NCBI GenBank assembly: GCA_027251445.1
Contig: JAPNQO010000079.1
Span: 46,348-110,347, forward strand
Length of the DNA stretch: 64,000 bases
Direction: 5' to 3'
Source: Fidelibacterota bacterium
GTDB taxonomy: Bacteria; Fidelibacterota; Marinisomatia; Marinisomatales; TCS55
Part shown: piece by piece, positions 41,595 through 52,192 of the stretch
How positions within the stretch are numbered: position 1 is the stretch's first letter
How the letters are laid out: the number at the start of each line of letters is the position of its first letter
The notes under the pieces: model-generated
The model's input: the letters and a program-made list of their open reading frames with translations, nothing else
The model's database searches: none
What the model was told of the DNA's origin: nothing
Program-made: the position numbers and the translations under genes

Positions 41595-43479
41595 AATCTT
41601 TTTACTATTGATCGCTGGTACATTGTTTTCACAAATAAATGTAAACCCCAAAAAAATGAACAATTTTCAAGATGCTTTCTTTATGGAACGAAAGGGTGAA
41701 ATAGAAGATGCAAAAATAATTTATGAAAAATTAATTAAAAAAAATCCTAAAGATAGACAAGCATATCAACGTTTAAAGGATATTTTTAAAAGAACTGAAG
41801 AATTACCTAAAGCCATAAAACTAATTGAAGATTGGATCGTAATACACCCGAATGACTTGCAAGCACATATAGAACTGGGGGAAATATTATATTTAAATAA
41901 TAATAAAATAAAGGCAGATCAAATCTGGAGTAAGTTTGAAAATACCTATGGTAAAAATCAAAGTATATATAGGATGCTACTACATACCTATAGCCGTCTT
42001 AGTTTGACTGAAAAAATGAAAGAGTTAGTAGATAGAGGAAGAAGAAAACTTAATAAAAACGATTTATTGTCCCTTGATTTAGCAAACTACTACTATTCCA
42101 GACAAACATACGATCTCTCACTAAATGAATTATTATTATATATTAAATATAATCCAGCAAATGAGAAAATTGTCATGAATAAGATACTACTAATCAGTGA
42201 TGACCCACAGAATCACCTTTTAATTGAAAAAAAATTAGTTGCTAACCTAAACGAAAATAATTTTAGAATTCATAAACTATTGGCAGGTTATTATTTTAAG
42301 ACAGAACAATATAAAGATGCGATTAATACTCATCGTTCAATAGGGATAGAAAATAATTCAGATTTTAAACGATGGTTGAATCTTGCTGAAAATTTGAGAA
42401 AAGAAAGTCAATATGAATTATCAATTAATACTTATCAGGAACTATTAAATAGTAATACTAACTTATCATCATCTATAGTTGGAGATGCTTTATTAGGATT
42501 AGGTGAAACTTATGAAGCACAATTACTTGAAAATAATTTTCAAAATAAATTAGTAAGCTTTTATCCAGATAATATTTTTTTTGTTGATTATATACTGGTC
42601 TTCAATGAATTTAAAAAAGATTCACTTAAATCAATTGAATCAACATTTAATTTATATCAACGAATATTAAAAGAACTACCTGCATCAACTTTTTCTGCCA
42701 AAGCTCATTATCGACTTGGAGAGCTACAATTAAAAGTTATGCATGATTTTAAGGGAGCAAGAAGATCATATTTATCTGCTCTTAAATCCAGACCAAATAA
42801 TGATCTTAGAAATAATATTATTTTAAAAATAGGAGATACATATTTAGCTGAAGGAAATCTAATTAATGCAAGAAAACATAATGAAAAGTATTATGAACAA
42901 TTTTTATCAAACAATAATATTGATCCTTTTACAATGAAGAATATTCATTTAACATTTTTATCAGGGGATATTGATACCACAAAAGTATTAATAGATTCAG
43001 TTATTACAAAAACAAGTCCAAGTGATAAATATTTTAATGATTTAATGGAATTACAGGGCATAATAGCTCAACATTTTTCTTTTGGAGATAAAGAAGATAA
43101 AGAAGCATTCTTATTATATGTCAAAGCTGAAAAATATTTACAAGAATTTAAATTTATTGAAGTCATAGAAACATTATCATTCGTACGAGAAAACTATCCA
43201 AATAGCTCAATAATTCCCATAGTAATGCTTAGAGAATGTTTATTAAGAATGATAATTGATGATACAAGCATCTCTCTTAGTATAGCAAAATCACTACAGC
43301 AAACTTCATTAGCACCCGAAGGAATTACCGCACAAGGTGAAATATATGAAAAAATATATAAAGACACTGATAAAGCGATAGAAATGTATAATTTATTACT
43401 TGAAGAATTTCCTATGTCCATGCTTGCAGAACCGGTAAGAATAAGAATCAGACAATTAAGTGGTGTGAAAAAAAGTTAA
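41587..43479 (+). CDS. Tetratricopeptide repeat protein, exported
   Basis: Signal peptide; repeated TPR patterns (AHIELGEILY, AHYRLGELQ, YNLLLEEFPMS). Confidence 0.8.
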   Translation: MNKIFLLLIAGTLFSQINVNPKKMNNFQDAFFMERKGEIEDAKIIYEKLIKKNPKDRQAYQRLKDIFKRTEELPKAIKLIEDWIVIHPNDLQAHIELGEILYLNNNKIKADQIWSKFENTYGKNQSIYRMLLHTYSRLSLTEKMKELVDRGRRKLNKNDLLSLDLANYYYSRQTYDLSLNELLLYIKYNPANEKIVMNKILLISDDPQNHLLIEKKLVANLNENNFRIHKLLAGYYFKTEQYKDAINTHRSIGIENNSDFKRWLNLAENLRKESQYELSINTYQELLNSNTNLSSSIVGDALLGLGETYEAQLLENNFQNKLVSFYPDNIFFVDYILVFNEFKKDSLKSIESTFNLYQRILKELPASTFSAKAHYRLGELQLKVMHDFKGARRSYLSALKSRPNNDLRNNIILKIGDTYLAEGNLINARKHNEKYYEQFLSNNNIDPFTMKNIHLTFLSGDIDTTKVLIDSVITKTSPSDKYFNDLMELQGIIAQHFSFGDKEDKEAFLLYVKAEKYLQEFKFIEVIETLSFVRENYPNSSIIPIVMLRECLLRMIIDDTSISLSIAKSLQQTSLAPEGITAQGEIYEKIYKDTDKAIEMYNLLLEEFPMSMLAEPVRIRIRQLSGVKKS

Positions 43480-44733
43480 ATGAAACAATTTATTTACTTT
43501 TTTTTAATAGTACAGTTTTTATTGGGAGCTGATAAACTACTTATTCCTATGGATAAAATTCAAAAGGATCATTTAAAAGCATATGGTATTGCATTTTGGA
43601 CATTGGAAAAGAATATTAATATTGAATGGCTATTAAACTATAGAGGTGGTTCATTTCTAATTGATTATTATTCGCCTATTGCACAAGAATGCAGAATAAG
43701 AGGGGTAACCTTTCAAAGAATTTCTGCAAACGATCTTATAGATATTTACTCAGAAGTAGAAAAAAATAATATGGATATCGTTCTATTGGAAAAAGCACCA
43801 AAAATTGCTATCTATACACCTGAAAATAAACAACCATGGGATGATGCTGTTACTCTGGCATTAACATATGCAGAAGTTCCTTATAAGACTTTGTGGGATA
43901 GAGAAGTATTTGAAGGTGAATTACAAAAATATGATTGGCTACATCTACATCACGAAGATTTTACTGGACAATACGGTAAGTTTTACAGGAATTACCACAC
44001 TGCACAATGGTATATCGAACAACAAAAACAATATGAATCTATTGCAAAAGAGTTAGGGTATTTAACAGTACATGAACAAAAAAAAGCTCTTACTCAACTA
44101 ATAAGAACATTTGTTGGAAATGGAGGCTTTCTATTTGCTATGTGTTCAGCAACAGACACATATGATATAGCCCTTGCAGAAGAAGGAGTAGATGCGGCAC
44201 ATCATGTATTTGATGGTACACCAATTACTCCAAATGTGAATTCAAAGCTTAATTATAAGAACACATTTGCTTTTACCAATTTTTCTTTGATGACAGACCC
44301 CATGATATATGAGTTTTCGGATATTGATTTTCCTCCAAGTCATAACCCAATTACTCGTGGAGCAGAAGCAGATTATTTTACTTTATTTGAATTTTCAGCA
44401 AAATATGATCCAGTACCTACGATGCTAACCCAAAATCATGCTTCTGTTATTAAAGGGTTTATGGGACAAACTACAGGTTTCAATAGAGATAAAATAAAAA
44501 AACATGTAGTAATAATGGGTGAAGATCCAGCTTCTCCACAAGTGAAATATCTTCATGGAAACTATGGCCAAGGCACCTACACTTTTCTTGGAGGACATGA
44601 CCCTGAAGATTATCAACATTTTGTTGGAGACCCCCCGACTGATTTATCTTTACATAGAAATTCTCCAGGATATAGACTTATTCTAAATAATATATTATTT
44701 CCTGCTGCAAGAAAAAAAGAAAGAAAAACATAA
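43480..44733 (+). CDS. Conserved FCB exported protein with GATase-like features (family often labelled asparagine synthetase B)
   Basis: HLKAYG, WLLNYRGGSF, QPWDDAV, HLHHEDFTGQYGKFY, GGFLFAMCSA, GGHDPEDY, GYRLILNN. Confidence 0.75.
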   Translation: MKQFIYFFLIVQFLLGADKLLIPMDKIQKDHLKAYGIAFWTLEKNINIEWLLNYRGGSFLIDYYSPIAQECRIRGVTFQRISANDLIDIYSEVEKNNMDIVLLEKAPKIAIYTPENKQPWDDAVTLALTYAEVPYKTLWDREVFEGELQKYDWLHLHHEDFTGQYGKFYRNYHTAQWYIEQQKQYESIAKELGYLTVHEQKKALTQLIRTFVGNGGFLFAMCSATDTYDIALAEEGVDAAHHVFDGTPITPNVNSKLNYKNTFAFTNFSLMTDPMIYEFSDIDFPPSHNPITRGAEADYFTLFEFSAKYDPVPTMLTQNHASVIKGFMGQTTGFNRDKIKKHVVIMGEDPASPQVKYLHGNYGQGTYTFLGGHDPEDYQHFVGDPPTDLSLHRNSPGYRLILNNILFPAARKKERKT

Positions 44734-44742
44734 TTAAGTGAA

Positions 44743-45174
44743 TTGAAAATGTGGTTACAAAAAGAAATTTCTATCCCTCCCAAGCCTAGAGGGTTTCATC
44801 TTATAACAAATGATATAATTAATAATATTAATGTAATTAAAACAGTTGAAAATGGATTATTAAATCTTTTTATAAAGCACACATCGGCTTCATTGACAAT
44901 TAATGAAAATGCAGACCCTACTGTTCGAGCAGATTTTGAATCTCATTTCAATCATATTGTCCCTGAAAAGCAGGGCTATTATTCTCATACAATGGAAGGA
45001 CCTGATGATATGCCAGCACATTTAAAATCATCAATTCTTGGTTCTTCAATTAATATACCAATAACTAATGGAAGTCTTAATCTTGGGACATGGCAAGGTA
45101 TTTATCTGTGTGAACATAGAGATCGTGGTGGAAGTAGAAATATAATTGCAACTATAAATGGTGATGGAGTTTAA
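44743..45174 (+). CDS. yjbQ: YjbQ / UPF0047 protein
   Basis: HTSASLTINENADP, EGPDDMPAH, LGTWQGIYLCEHR. Confidence 0.92.
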   Translation: MKMWLQKEISIPPKPRGFHLITNDIINNINVIKTVENGLLNLFIKHTSASLTINENADPTVRADFESHFNHIVPEKQGYYSHTMEGPDDMPAHLKSSILGSSINIPITNGSLNLGTWQGIYLCEHRDRGGSRNIIATINGDGV

Positions 45175-45956
45175 GAATTATTATTCTTTTTTATATTATT
45201 CCATATATCTTCTAATTCATTAAAAGAAGATTCTTCAATATTTTTTCCTCTTTTATTTATTTCATCTTCAATCATTTTAAATCTATTTATAAATTTATTA
45301 TTGGATTTCCGAAGGGCATCATCTGCAGAAATACCTAAAAATCTAGCAAGATTGATCAAAGAAAAAATTGTATCCCCAAGCTCTTCTAATATTTCATCCT
45401 TATTATTCTTTTTTTGAGCATTCTTTAGTTCTTCCATTTCTTCAGATATTTTTTCCCATATTTCTTCTTCTTTTTGAAAATCTAATCCTGCATGTGATGC
45501 TTTTTCCTGAATTCTTTGTGCGCGAATAATACCAGGCAAACTAATTGGCACTCCATCTAGCCGAGAGCTTCTATTTTTTTCTTTATGTTTTTGCAACTCC
45601 CAGCTCGATATAATATTATCCTGAATTACATTTTTCTTATCAAAAACGTGCGGGTGTCTTCTTACTAGTTTTTCATTAATATTTTTTAACGATTCAGAAA
45701 TATCAAATAATTTATTCTCTTTTGCAATGACAGCTTGAAATACAATGTGAAGAATCAAATCTCCCAACTCTTCTTTTAATCCATCCCAATTTTTTTCATC
45801 AATAGTCTCAATAACTTCATATGTTTCTTCGAGCATATATGATACTAAAGACTCTGATGTTTGCTCTTTATCCCAAGGGCATCCATCTGGGCCCCTTAAT
45901 CTTTTAACCAAATTAATTAATTCTTCAAACTGATTTCCGATAGATTGATTATTCAT
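45171..45956 (-). CDS. mazG: Nucleoside triphosphate pyrophosphohydrolase
   Basis: LRGPDGCPWDKEQT, EETYE, EELGD, RRHPHVF, second EELGD. Confidence 0.93.
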   Translation of the reverse strand: MNNQSIGNQFEELINLVKRLRGPDGCPWDKEQTSESLVSYMLEETYEVIETIDEKNWDGLKEELGDLILHIVFQAVIAKENKLFDISESLKNINEKLVRRHPHVFDKKNVIQDNIISSWELQKHKEKNRSSRLDGVPISLPGIIRAQRIQEKASHAGLDFQKEEEIWEKISEEMEELKNAQKKNNKDEILEELGDTIFSLINLARFLGISADDALRKSNNKFINRFKMIEDEINKRGKNIEESSFNELEDIWNNIKKNNNS

Positions 45957-45960
45957 AATA

Positions 45961-46398
45961 TCAAAAAATATTTATCCATTCAAAATCTTCTAAATATTGA
46001 TTTTCTTTTTTTGTCATCAATAATTTTTCATTTCCCATCTCATCCTTATAATTTAATAGATGTAAGGTGCCATGAATAATAAGCCTAGCTAGTTCTTTAG
46101 ATATGTCTTGTTCATATTTTTTTGCGTTATATATAGCTCGTTCAATACTAATATAAATTTCACCTTCTACCATTTCATCACTATAATCATTAATTCTAAA
46201 TGCAATTACATCTGTTAAATGATCTTTATTGAAAAATTTTATTTTTAAATTATTGAGCAATTTATCTTTAGCAAATATCAGATTTATTTTTGCCTTATTA
46301 ATTTGCTCTTTTTGTAAAGTAGATTTTAATATTTTAGTTGATACTCTCTTATTTATAGCATTGTAATCAGGGTCTATTTCAATGGTGACATCAATCAT
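45961..46398 (-). CDS. ybeY: rRNA maturation endoribonuclease YbeY
   Basis: TDVIAF, GEIYIS, HGTLHLL. Confidence 0.88.
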   Translation of the reverse strand: MIDVTIEIDPDYNAINKRVSTKILKSTLQKEQINKAKINLIFAKDKLLNNLKIKFFNKDHLTDVIAFRINDYSDEMVEGEIYISIERAIYNAKKYEQDISKELARLIIHGTLHLLNYKDEMGNEKLLMTKKENQYLEDFEWINIF

Positions 46399-48725
46399 CT
46401 GCTATCTGAAGGGTTATCATCTTCAGGATATTCTATTCTAATATGATATATGCCTCTTAGTACTGGCAACATGCCAGAATTCCCATCTACAGTCCCTTTT
46501 ATTTTACGTAAATCGTCGAGTGTCAGTGGACACTCATCTAATTGCCCATCATTTAGACGCCCTTTAATAACTTTATCTACCATGGTATCAATTTTTAATA
46601 TATCTGGTTCTTTTATTGATCTAACAGCAGCTTCAACAGCTTCACAAATCATTAATATACCTGTTTCTTTTGTATTGGGTTTTGGCCCAGGATAGCGATA
46701 AGCACTATCATCTACTTTCTCATTAGTATCTTTAGCAGCCTCTAAAGCCATTCGATAGAAATATTCAACCCTTGATGTACCATGATGCATAGGAATAAAA
46801 TCACTGACAAGCTTAGGTAATCCATAATCTTTAGCTAGTTTTAATCCATCAATTACATGTTTCCTTATTATCTTTGCACTCATTGCAGGAGTTAGAGAAT
46901 CATGTTTGTTATCACCCATAAACTGATTTTCAATATAATATTCTGGCCGCTCCATTTTACCTAAATCATGATAATATGCCCCCACTCTACATAATAAAGA
47001 TCTTGCATTTATTGCATCAGCGCAAGCTTCTGCTAAATTTCCAACGACAACACTATGATTGAAAGTTCCATTAGCTTCTTGTTGTAATCGTTTTAGTAAT
47101 GGATGATTAAAGTCAAGAAGTTCAATTAAAGATAGATCCGTAGTTATTCCAAATGAAACCTCTAGTATAATGATTAAACCATAGGTTATGATTGGAGCAA
47201 AAATACTATTTACTAATAGATAAGTTAAATCTACTCCCATTGTGCTAACATTATGTCCCATAAAAAGCCCATGGCTTAAAACAGCTATTATACTAGCGCC
47301 CATAAGAGAAAAGATTGCAGTAATAAATTTACTCCTAGTCCTTATTCTTCTTACTGTATACATAGCTATAGATGACATAAATAAACCAGTAACTATAAAT
47401 TCTAGATCATTACCAATCATAATCCCTACTAAAAGAACTATTGATGTAGTACCCATAAATCCTATACGTGCATCAAATAAAATCGTTAATAACATCGCAG
47501 CAACAGTAACAGGAATTAAAAACTCAGAAAAATCAAGTTGATAAACAAATATGTTTGCTATGACAATGATGAATACGTAAATAAAAGCAATCACCAATAA
47601 TAATTGCCATTTTTCAAAAATATGTGAACGATAGATTAATAAAAAGGTAAAAAAGTAAGATATTAAAATGCCTATGATTAAAAGACGTCCTATATAAGTT
47701 ATAATGGAATCTTTTATTCCAAGCGTACGGTTTTCTTTACTTATTTCTACTGCTAAAGATTGTAGTTTTTGTAAATCCTCTTCCGTTATTCTCTGATTAG
47801 CATTTACTATCATTTCATCTTTTAATACAATACCTTTACTCCTTGGCACGCGATCTAAGCTAGCATTTTGTCTTCTCTCAGTTGTTTCCTTATCATAGAC
47901 TAGATTTGGTATCATAAATTCGATAATTAAGTCATAACCTAATTCCCTTCTAATATCATTTTCAGCACCATAAATACTAGTTATCTCTTTTTTTGCTTCT
48001 GTCCAAGCTTCATTTAGATCATTTAATTCACTTAAATTATACAATGTAGGGATATCACCATTATCGATTGCTAGCTGATCACTTATAATAATTGATTCTT
48101 TAATATCCAAGATTCCAATTGCCCATCTATTTCTACATATTTGCAATATGTCTTCTTGAAATTCTTTTAAAGAAAATTGTGGCCCACCTTGTGGAATAGG
48201 CATCAAAAATATATTCCAGTCCTCTTTGTCTTGTGCAAAAGAATACAGCTTATAAAATTCTATTACTTTCTGCGATAAAGCTGCGCTATCTGATGATGCA
48301 ATTGATTTGGCTTCTTGAAATTTATCTGTATATCTATAGTCATAAACTAAATTTCTTGAGTTAAACAAATCTTTATTTGCTAACCGTATCTCATTAGTAA
48401 GTTGAAAAAATGAGGATAAATTAGAAGTTTGATTATCAACAATTTCTTGTTTTCGACTAAAAATAAAAGGCTCTGCTTTTAAAGCATTATTTAAGTCTTC
48501 TTCAAGTGTACTTTTTGACTTTAATATAGGAAAATTATATGGTGCAATTATTGGTTCACGCGCTATATCATCTATGTTGTAACTATACTGTAAAGACCTT
48601 CCTCTTTGAAAAAATAATGAAAGAATAATTGTTAAAGAAATAAGAATACTAAGCTGTTTAAAATATTTATTTATGAATATTTTGATTTTACTTAGGAAGG
48701 ATTTTCTATTTTTTCTCATAATCAA
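46395..48725 (-). CDS. 7TM receptor with intracellular HDIG phosphohydrolase (PgpH-like)
   Basis: Extracellular domain, about 7 TMs, GTFNHS, YHDLGK, MHHGT, YRYPGPKP; adjacent to ybeY. Confidence 0.88.
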   Translation of the reverse strand: MIMRKNRKSFLSKIKIFINKYFKQLSILISLTIILSLFFQRGRSLQYSYNIDDIAREPIIAPYNFPILKSKSTLEEDLNNALKAEPFIFSRKQEIVDNQTSNLSSFFQLTNEIRLANKDLFNSRNLVYDYRYTDKFQEAKSIASSDSAALSQKVIEFYKLYSFAQDKEDWNIFLMPIPQGGPQFSLKEFQEDILQICRNRWAIGILDIKESIIISDQLAIDNGDIPTLYNLSELNDLNEAWTEAKKEITSIYGAENDIRRELGYDLIIEFMIPNLVYDKETTERRQNASLDRVPRSKGIVLKDEMIVNANQRITEEDLQKLQSLAVEISKENRTLGIKDSIITYIGRLLIIGILISYFFTFLLIYRSHIFEKWQLLLVIAFIYVFIIVIANIFVYQLDFSEFLIPVTVAAMLLTILFDARIGFMGTTSIVLLVGIMIGNDLEFIVTGLFMSSIAMYTVRRIRTRSKFITAIFSLMGASIIAVLSHGLFMGHNVSTMGVDLTYLLVNSIFAPIITYGLIIILEVSFGITTDLSLIELLDFNHPLLKRLQQEANGTFNHSVVVGNLAEACADAINARSLLCRVGAYYHDLGKMERPEYYIENQFMGDNKHDSLTPAMSAKIIRKHVIDGLKLAKDYGLPKLVSDFIPMHHGTSRVEYFYRMALEAAKDTNEKVDDSAYRYPGPKPNTKETGILMICEAVEAAVRSIKEPDILKIDTMVDKVIKGRLNDGQLDECPLTLDDLRKIKGTVDGNSGMLPVLRGIYHIRIEYPEDDNPSDSR

Positions 48726-48726
48726 A

Positions 48727-49881
48727 TTATATTTTTAAATTTTTTAGGATTTGTTTTAAAATAATTAAGCGTTGAACTTCACTTGTCCCTTCACCTATCT
48801 CAAGAATTTTTGCATCTCTAAAATATCTTTCTACATCATAATCTTTAACGTATCCATATCCACCATGGATTTGAATAGACTCCGTCGTAATCTTCATAGC
48901 AGCTTCACTTGCAAATAATTTTGCCATTGCTGCTTCTTTTACTATATCATAACCTTTATCTTTTTTCCATGCGGCATGAAAGGTTAACATTTTCGCAGCT
49001 TCTATTTGAGTTGCCATATCTGACAGTTTAAATCCAACTGATTGAAATTTGTTAATCTTTTTTCCAAAGGCCTCTCGTTCAGTGGAATATTTTAATGCCT
49101 TTTCATAAGATCCTTCAGCTGTCCCAACCGCTAAAGCTGCAATTGAGATCCGACCACCTGTTAAAGTATTCAAAAATATTTTAAACCCCTCTCCAGGCTT
49201 TGCAATCATATTTGATTCTTTAATATACATATCATGAAAAAATAATTGTCTTGTATCGCTTGCTCTCCAACCCATTTTTTTTTCTGGTTCCATTATAGTC
49301 AAACCTTCCGTATTGGTAGGGATTATAAATGCACCAATTCCTTTATTTTTTCCATTTTCAATTACTTGCGCAGTAAAACTTAAGAATCCAGCTACCCCTG
49401 CATTTGTGATAAATATTTTACCACCATTAACAATGTAGCCTTTGTCTTTTTTTTCTGCAGTTGTTTTTGTTGCACCAGCATCACTTCCAGCTTCAGGTTC
49501 TGTTAATCCAAATGCTCCAAGGACTTCTCCTGAAGCAAGTTTTGGAACATATTTCTTTTTTTGCTTCTCTGTGCCAGAAAGAACAATAGGCATTATTCCT
49601 AAAGATGTATGTGCTGCAACTGTAATGGCTATGGAGGCATCTGCTTTTGCTAATTCCATGATTGCTGCAGCATAGGCAATATAATCCATACCAGATCCGC
49701 CATATTTCTTTGGTACTGGTATACTTAACAAACCAAGTTTTCCTAATTTGCTTATTACTTCAGAAGGAAATCTACTCGTTTGATCAATTTCTTTTGCTAT
49801 AGGAATGATTTCAGACTTTGCAAAATCTGAAATCATTTCTATTAACATACTATGTTCTTCGGAGAAGAAAAGTTTATCCAT
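48727..49881 (-). CDS. Acyl-CoA dehydrogenase
   Basis: FGLTEPEAGSD, GGKIFITNA, QIHGGYGY, EIGEGTSEVQR. Confidence 0.95.
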   Translation of the reverse strand: MDKLFFSEEHSMLIEMISDFAKSEIIPIAKEIDQTSRFPSEVISKLGKLGLLSIPVPKKYGGSGMDYIAYAAAIMELAKADASIAITVAAHTSLGIMPIVLSGTEKQKKKYVPKLASGEVLGAFGLTEPEAGSDAGATKTTAEKKDKGYIVNGGKIFITNAGVAGFLSFTAQVIENGKNKGIGAFIIPTNTEGLTIMEPEKKMGWRASDTRQLFFHDMYIKESNMIAKPGEGFKIFLNTLTGGRISIAALAVGTAEGSYEKALKYSTEREAFGKKINKFQSVGFKLSDMATQIEAAKMLTFHAAWKKDKGYDIVKEAAMAKLFASEAAMKITTESIQIHGGYGYVKDYDVERYFRDAKILEIGEGTSEVQRLIILKQILKNLKI

Positions 49882-49926
49882 ATATCAAGTTTAAATATTG
49901 TAGTGTTATAATATATGTATGAATAC

Positions 49927-50919
49927 TTACCACCTTATGGCAGTTGAAGCCCAAGTAAACCCTGCGCCAAATGCAGCTAAAATAATGATATCATCAGATG
50001 AAAATAATCCTTTATTTCTTGCTTCACACATTGCAATTGGAATAGATGCTGCAGTTGTGTTGCCATAGTGCTTTATATTACTAAAGACTTTATCCATTCC
50101 AACACCCATACGTTTGGCAACTGCTTCGCTGATACGATGGTTAGCTTGGTGAGGTATAATTTGAGCTATATCTTCTATTGATAATTTATTTGCATCCAAA
50201 GCTTCATTTATTACTTCTGGAAATCTTTTAACTGCATTCTTAAAAACTTGTCTACCATTCATATAAGGAAGATGTTTTCCTTGATCTAAAATTTCTTTTG
50301 TTAATCGAGGATTATTTGAAGTCCCTGGCGCCTCACACCATAAGTCCTTTAAATATTTACCATCTGAATGTAGGTGAGTAGATAAAATTCCTTTATTACT
50401 ATCCGTTGCTTGTAAAACAGCAGCCCCAGCTCCATCAGCAAAAAGTACAGAAATATTCCTTCCTTCATCTGAAATATCCAATGCAGTGGATTGAACTTCA
50501 GCTCCTACAACTAAAATAGTTTTATACTGTTCTGTTCGAATAAATTGATCTCCAATAGAAAGAGAATAAATAAAAGCTGAGCAAGCAGCTTTAATATCAA
50601 ATGCTCCAACCATTCTCATACCCAAAGCATGTTGTATTTGATTGCTTATACCTGGGAAAAAATAATCGGATGTGAGTGTAGCGCATATTACTAAATCAAT
50701 TTCACTAGCATCAATTTCAGCATCTTTCATTGCATTTTTAGCAGCTTCAATTGCTAAAATAGATGCATTGCTTTCTTTATCAACCCAATGTCTTTGAGTA
50801 ATACCAGACCTTTCTTTAATCCACTCATCGGTAGTATCCATAATCTTTTCTAAATCTTGATTTGTTACCACTCTTTCAGGGACATTAAACCCTATTCCTG
50901 TAATTTGTGCATTTTTCAT
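49927..50919 (-). CDS. fabH: 3-oxoacyl-ACP synthase III
   Basis: AACSAF, PHQAN, GNTTAASIP, FGAGFTW. Confidence 0.95.
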   Translation of the reverse strand: MKNAQITGIGFNVPERVVTNQDLEKIMDTTDEWIKERSGITQRHWVDKESNASILAIEAAKNAMKDAEIDASEIDLVICATLTSDYFFPGISNQIQHALGMRMVGAFDIKAACSAFIYSLSIGDQFIRTEQYKTILVVGAEVQSTALDISDEGRNISVLFADGAGAAVLQATDSNKGILSTHLHSDGKYLKDLWCEAPGTSNNPRLTKEILDQGKHLPYMNGRQVFKNAVKRFPEVINEALDANKLSIEDIAQIIPHQANHRISEAVAKRMGVGMDKVFSNIKHYGNTTAASIPIAMCEARNKGLFSSDDIIILAAFGAGFTWASTAIRW

Positions 50920-51000
50920 AACTTTTTTGGCAGGTTTAATATGAGTTTTCTATTATTTTTCTACAAGCAATTTATATATTTAAAAATAATATAAATTAAT

Positions 51001-51384
51001 GATAGTCTGAGAAAATCTATAAGCCGAGTTTTGTCTCCTTTAATACATCAAAGGTCAGTGATCATTCCTCTGGGATAAATGTTGCCATTTACCTCAAGCG
51101 ATCTACCCGCTTCTCATAAAGATACGAACAATATCTGGAAGCTTATTCGATCTTGCACCAAGTGGGGTTTACAAGCTCTCTTAGTTTACCAAGAGACTGG
51201 TGGTCTCTTACACCACCCTTTCAGCCTTGCTTGAAACTTGCCGAAGCAAATCCATCAGCGGTTTACTTTCTGCTGCACTTTCCATATCAATAAAGATTCC
51301 TCCCGTTAGGAGGCACTCTGTTCTGTGGTGCTCGGACTTTCCTCTCTGAATTACAGAGTAATCACTCAATTATCTCAGACTATC
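51001..51384 (-). ncRNA. rnpB: RNase P RNA (bacterial type A)
   Basis: Minus strand has GAGGAAAGTCCGAG near the 5' end, AGTGCAGCAGAAA, and ACAAAACTCGGCTTAT near the 3' end; terminal P1 helix GATAGTCTGAGA/TCTCAGACTATC. Confidence 0.96.
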
Positions 51385-51441
51385 AAAAAGCTGAGGACAT
51401 TAAAAGGGTTAAACAAAAAAACCAAGTAAGAAATTTTAATA

Positions 51442-52146
51442 TTATTTCTTAAAAAAATAAATGAAACGGCTACAAATATCACAAGTATAATAATTATCTT
51501 TATCACGAATATCTGCGACATCTTGAGGGGGGACAACAAATCCACATCCACCACAGGAGTTTCCTTCTAGCTTAACCACAGCAAGACCATCTCTTGCTGC
51601 ACTAACACGATCATATCTACTTAAAATAGATTCATCAATAAAACTTATTTTTTCTTGACGGGTTTTTTCCAATGCAGATTTACTTTCTGCTGACTCAGAC
51701 ATTAATTCTTCAAGCTTTACTCTTCGTGAAGACAAATCTTTACTTAGGGATTCAAGATTTTCTTCTTTTTCTTCAAGATCTTTACTTAATGATTCTTTTT
51801 CTTCTTCGTCCTCAAGATCTGCTGTCTCAACTTCATCTAATTCAACTTTTAAATATTCAATCTCTTGGGTTAAAGCATCATACTGTTTATTTGATGTGAC
51901 TAATGATAATTGATCTTTTAGTTTATCAATCTTTTGTTTTAAATCAGCCATCTTATGTTCTGCTTTATTTAAAGATAATTCTATTTCTTTAAGACGACTT
52001 TTTCCTGTTTCTACATCATTAATTAATTCTTCTTCCTCAGAGCGTAATTTGTCAACCTTCTTAGGTAAATCTCCTAAAAGCTCATTTATATCTCTTAATT
52101 GTGTATCAACATTCTGAAGTTCTACTAAAGGTAACATTTTACTCAT
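51442..52146 (-). CDS. Coiled-coil C4 zinc-ribbon protein (CT398/DUF164-like)
   Basis: LVELQNVD, long coiled coil, CGGC...CDICSR. Confidence 0.88.
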   Translation of the reverse strand: MSKMLPLVELQNVDTQLRDINELLGDLPKKVDKLRSEEEELINDVETGKSRLKEIELSLNKAEHKMADLKQKIDKLKDQLSLVTSNKQYDALTQEIEYLKVELDEVETADLEDEEEKESLSKDLEEKEENLESLSKDLSSRRVKLEELMSESAESKSALEKTRQEKISFIDESILSRYDRVSAARDGLAVVKLEGNSCGGCGFVVPPQDVADIRDKDNYYTCDICSRFIYFFKK

Positions 52147-52163
52147 TTAAAATTTTTCTCCAT

Positions 52164-52192
52164 AAAAAAAATGCACCTGATCAGGTGCATTT
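52164..52192 (-). terminator. Terminator-like hairpin (perfect 24-bp palindrome) with U8 tract upstream of the zinc-ribbon gene
   Basis: AAATGCACCTGA|TCAGGTGCATTT at 52169-52192; A8 at 52164-52171 reads as U8 on the minus strand. Confidence 0.6.
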
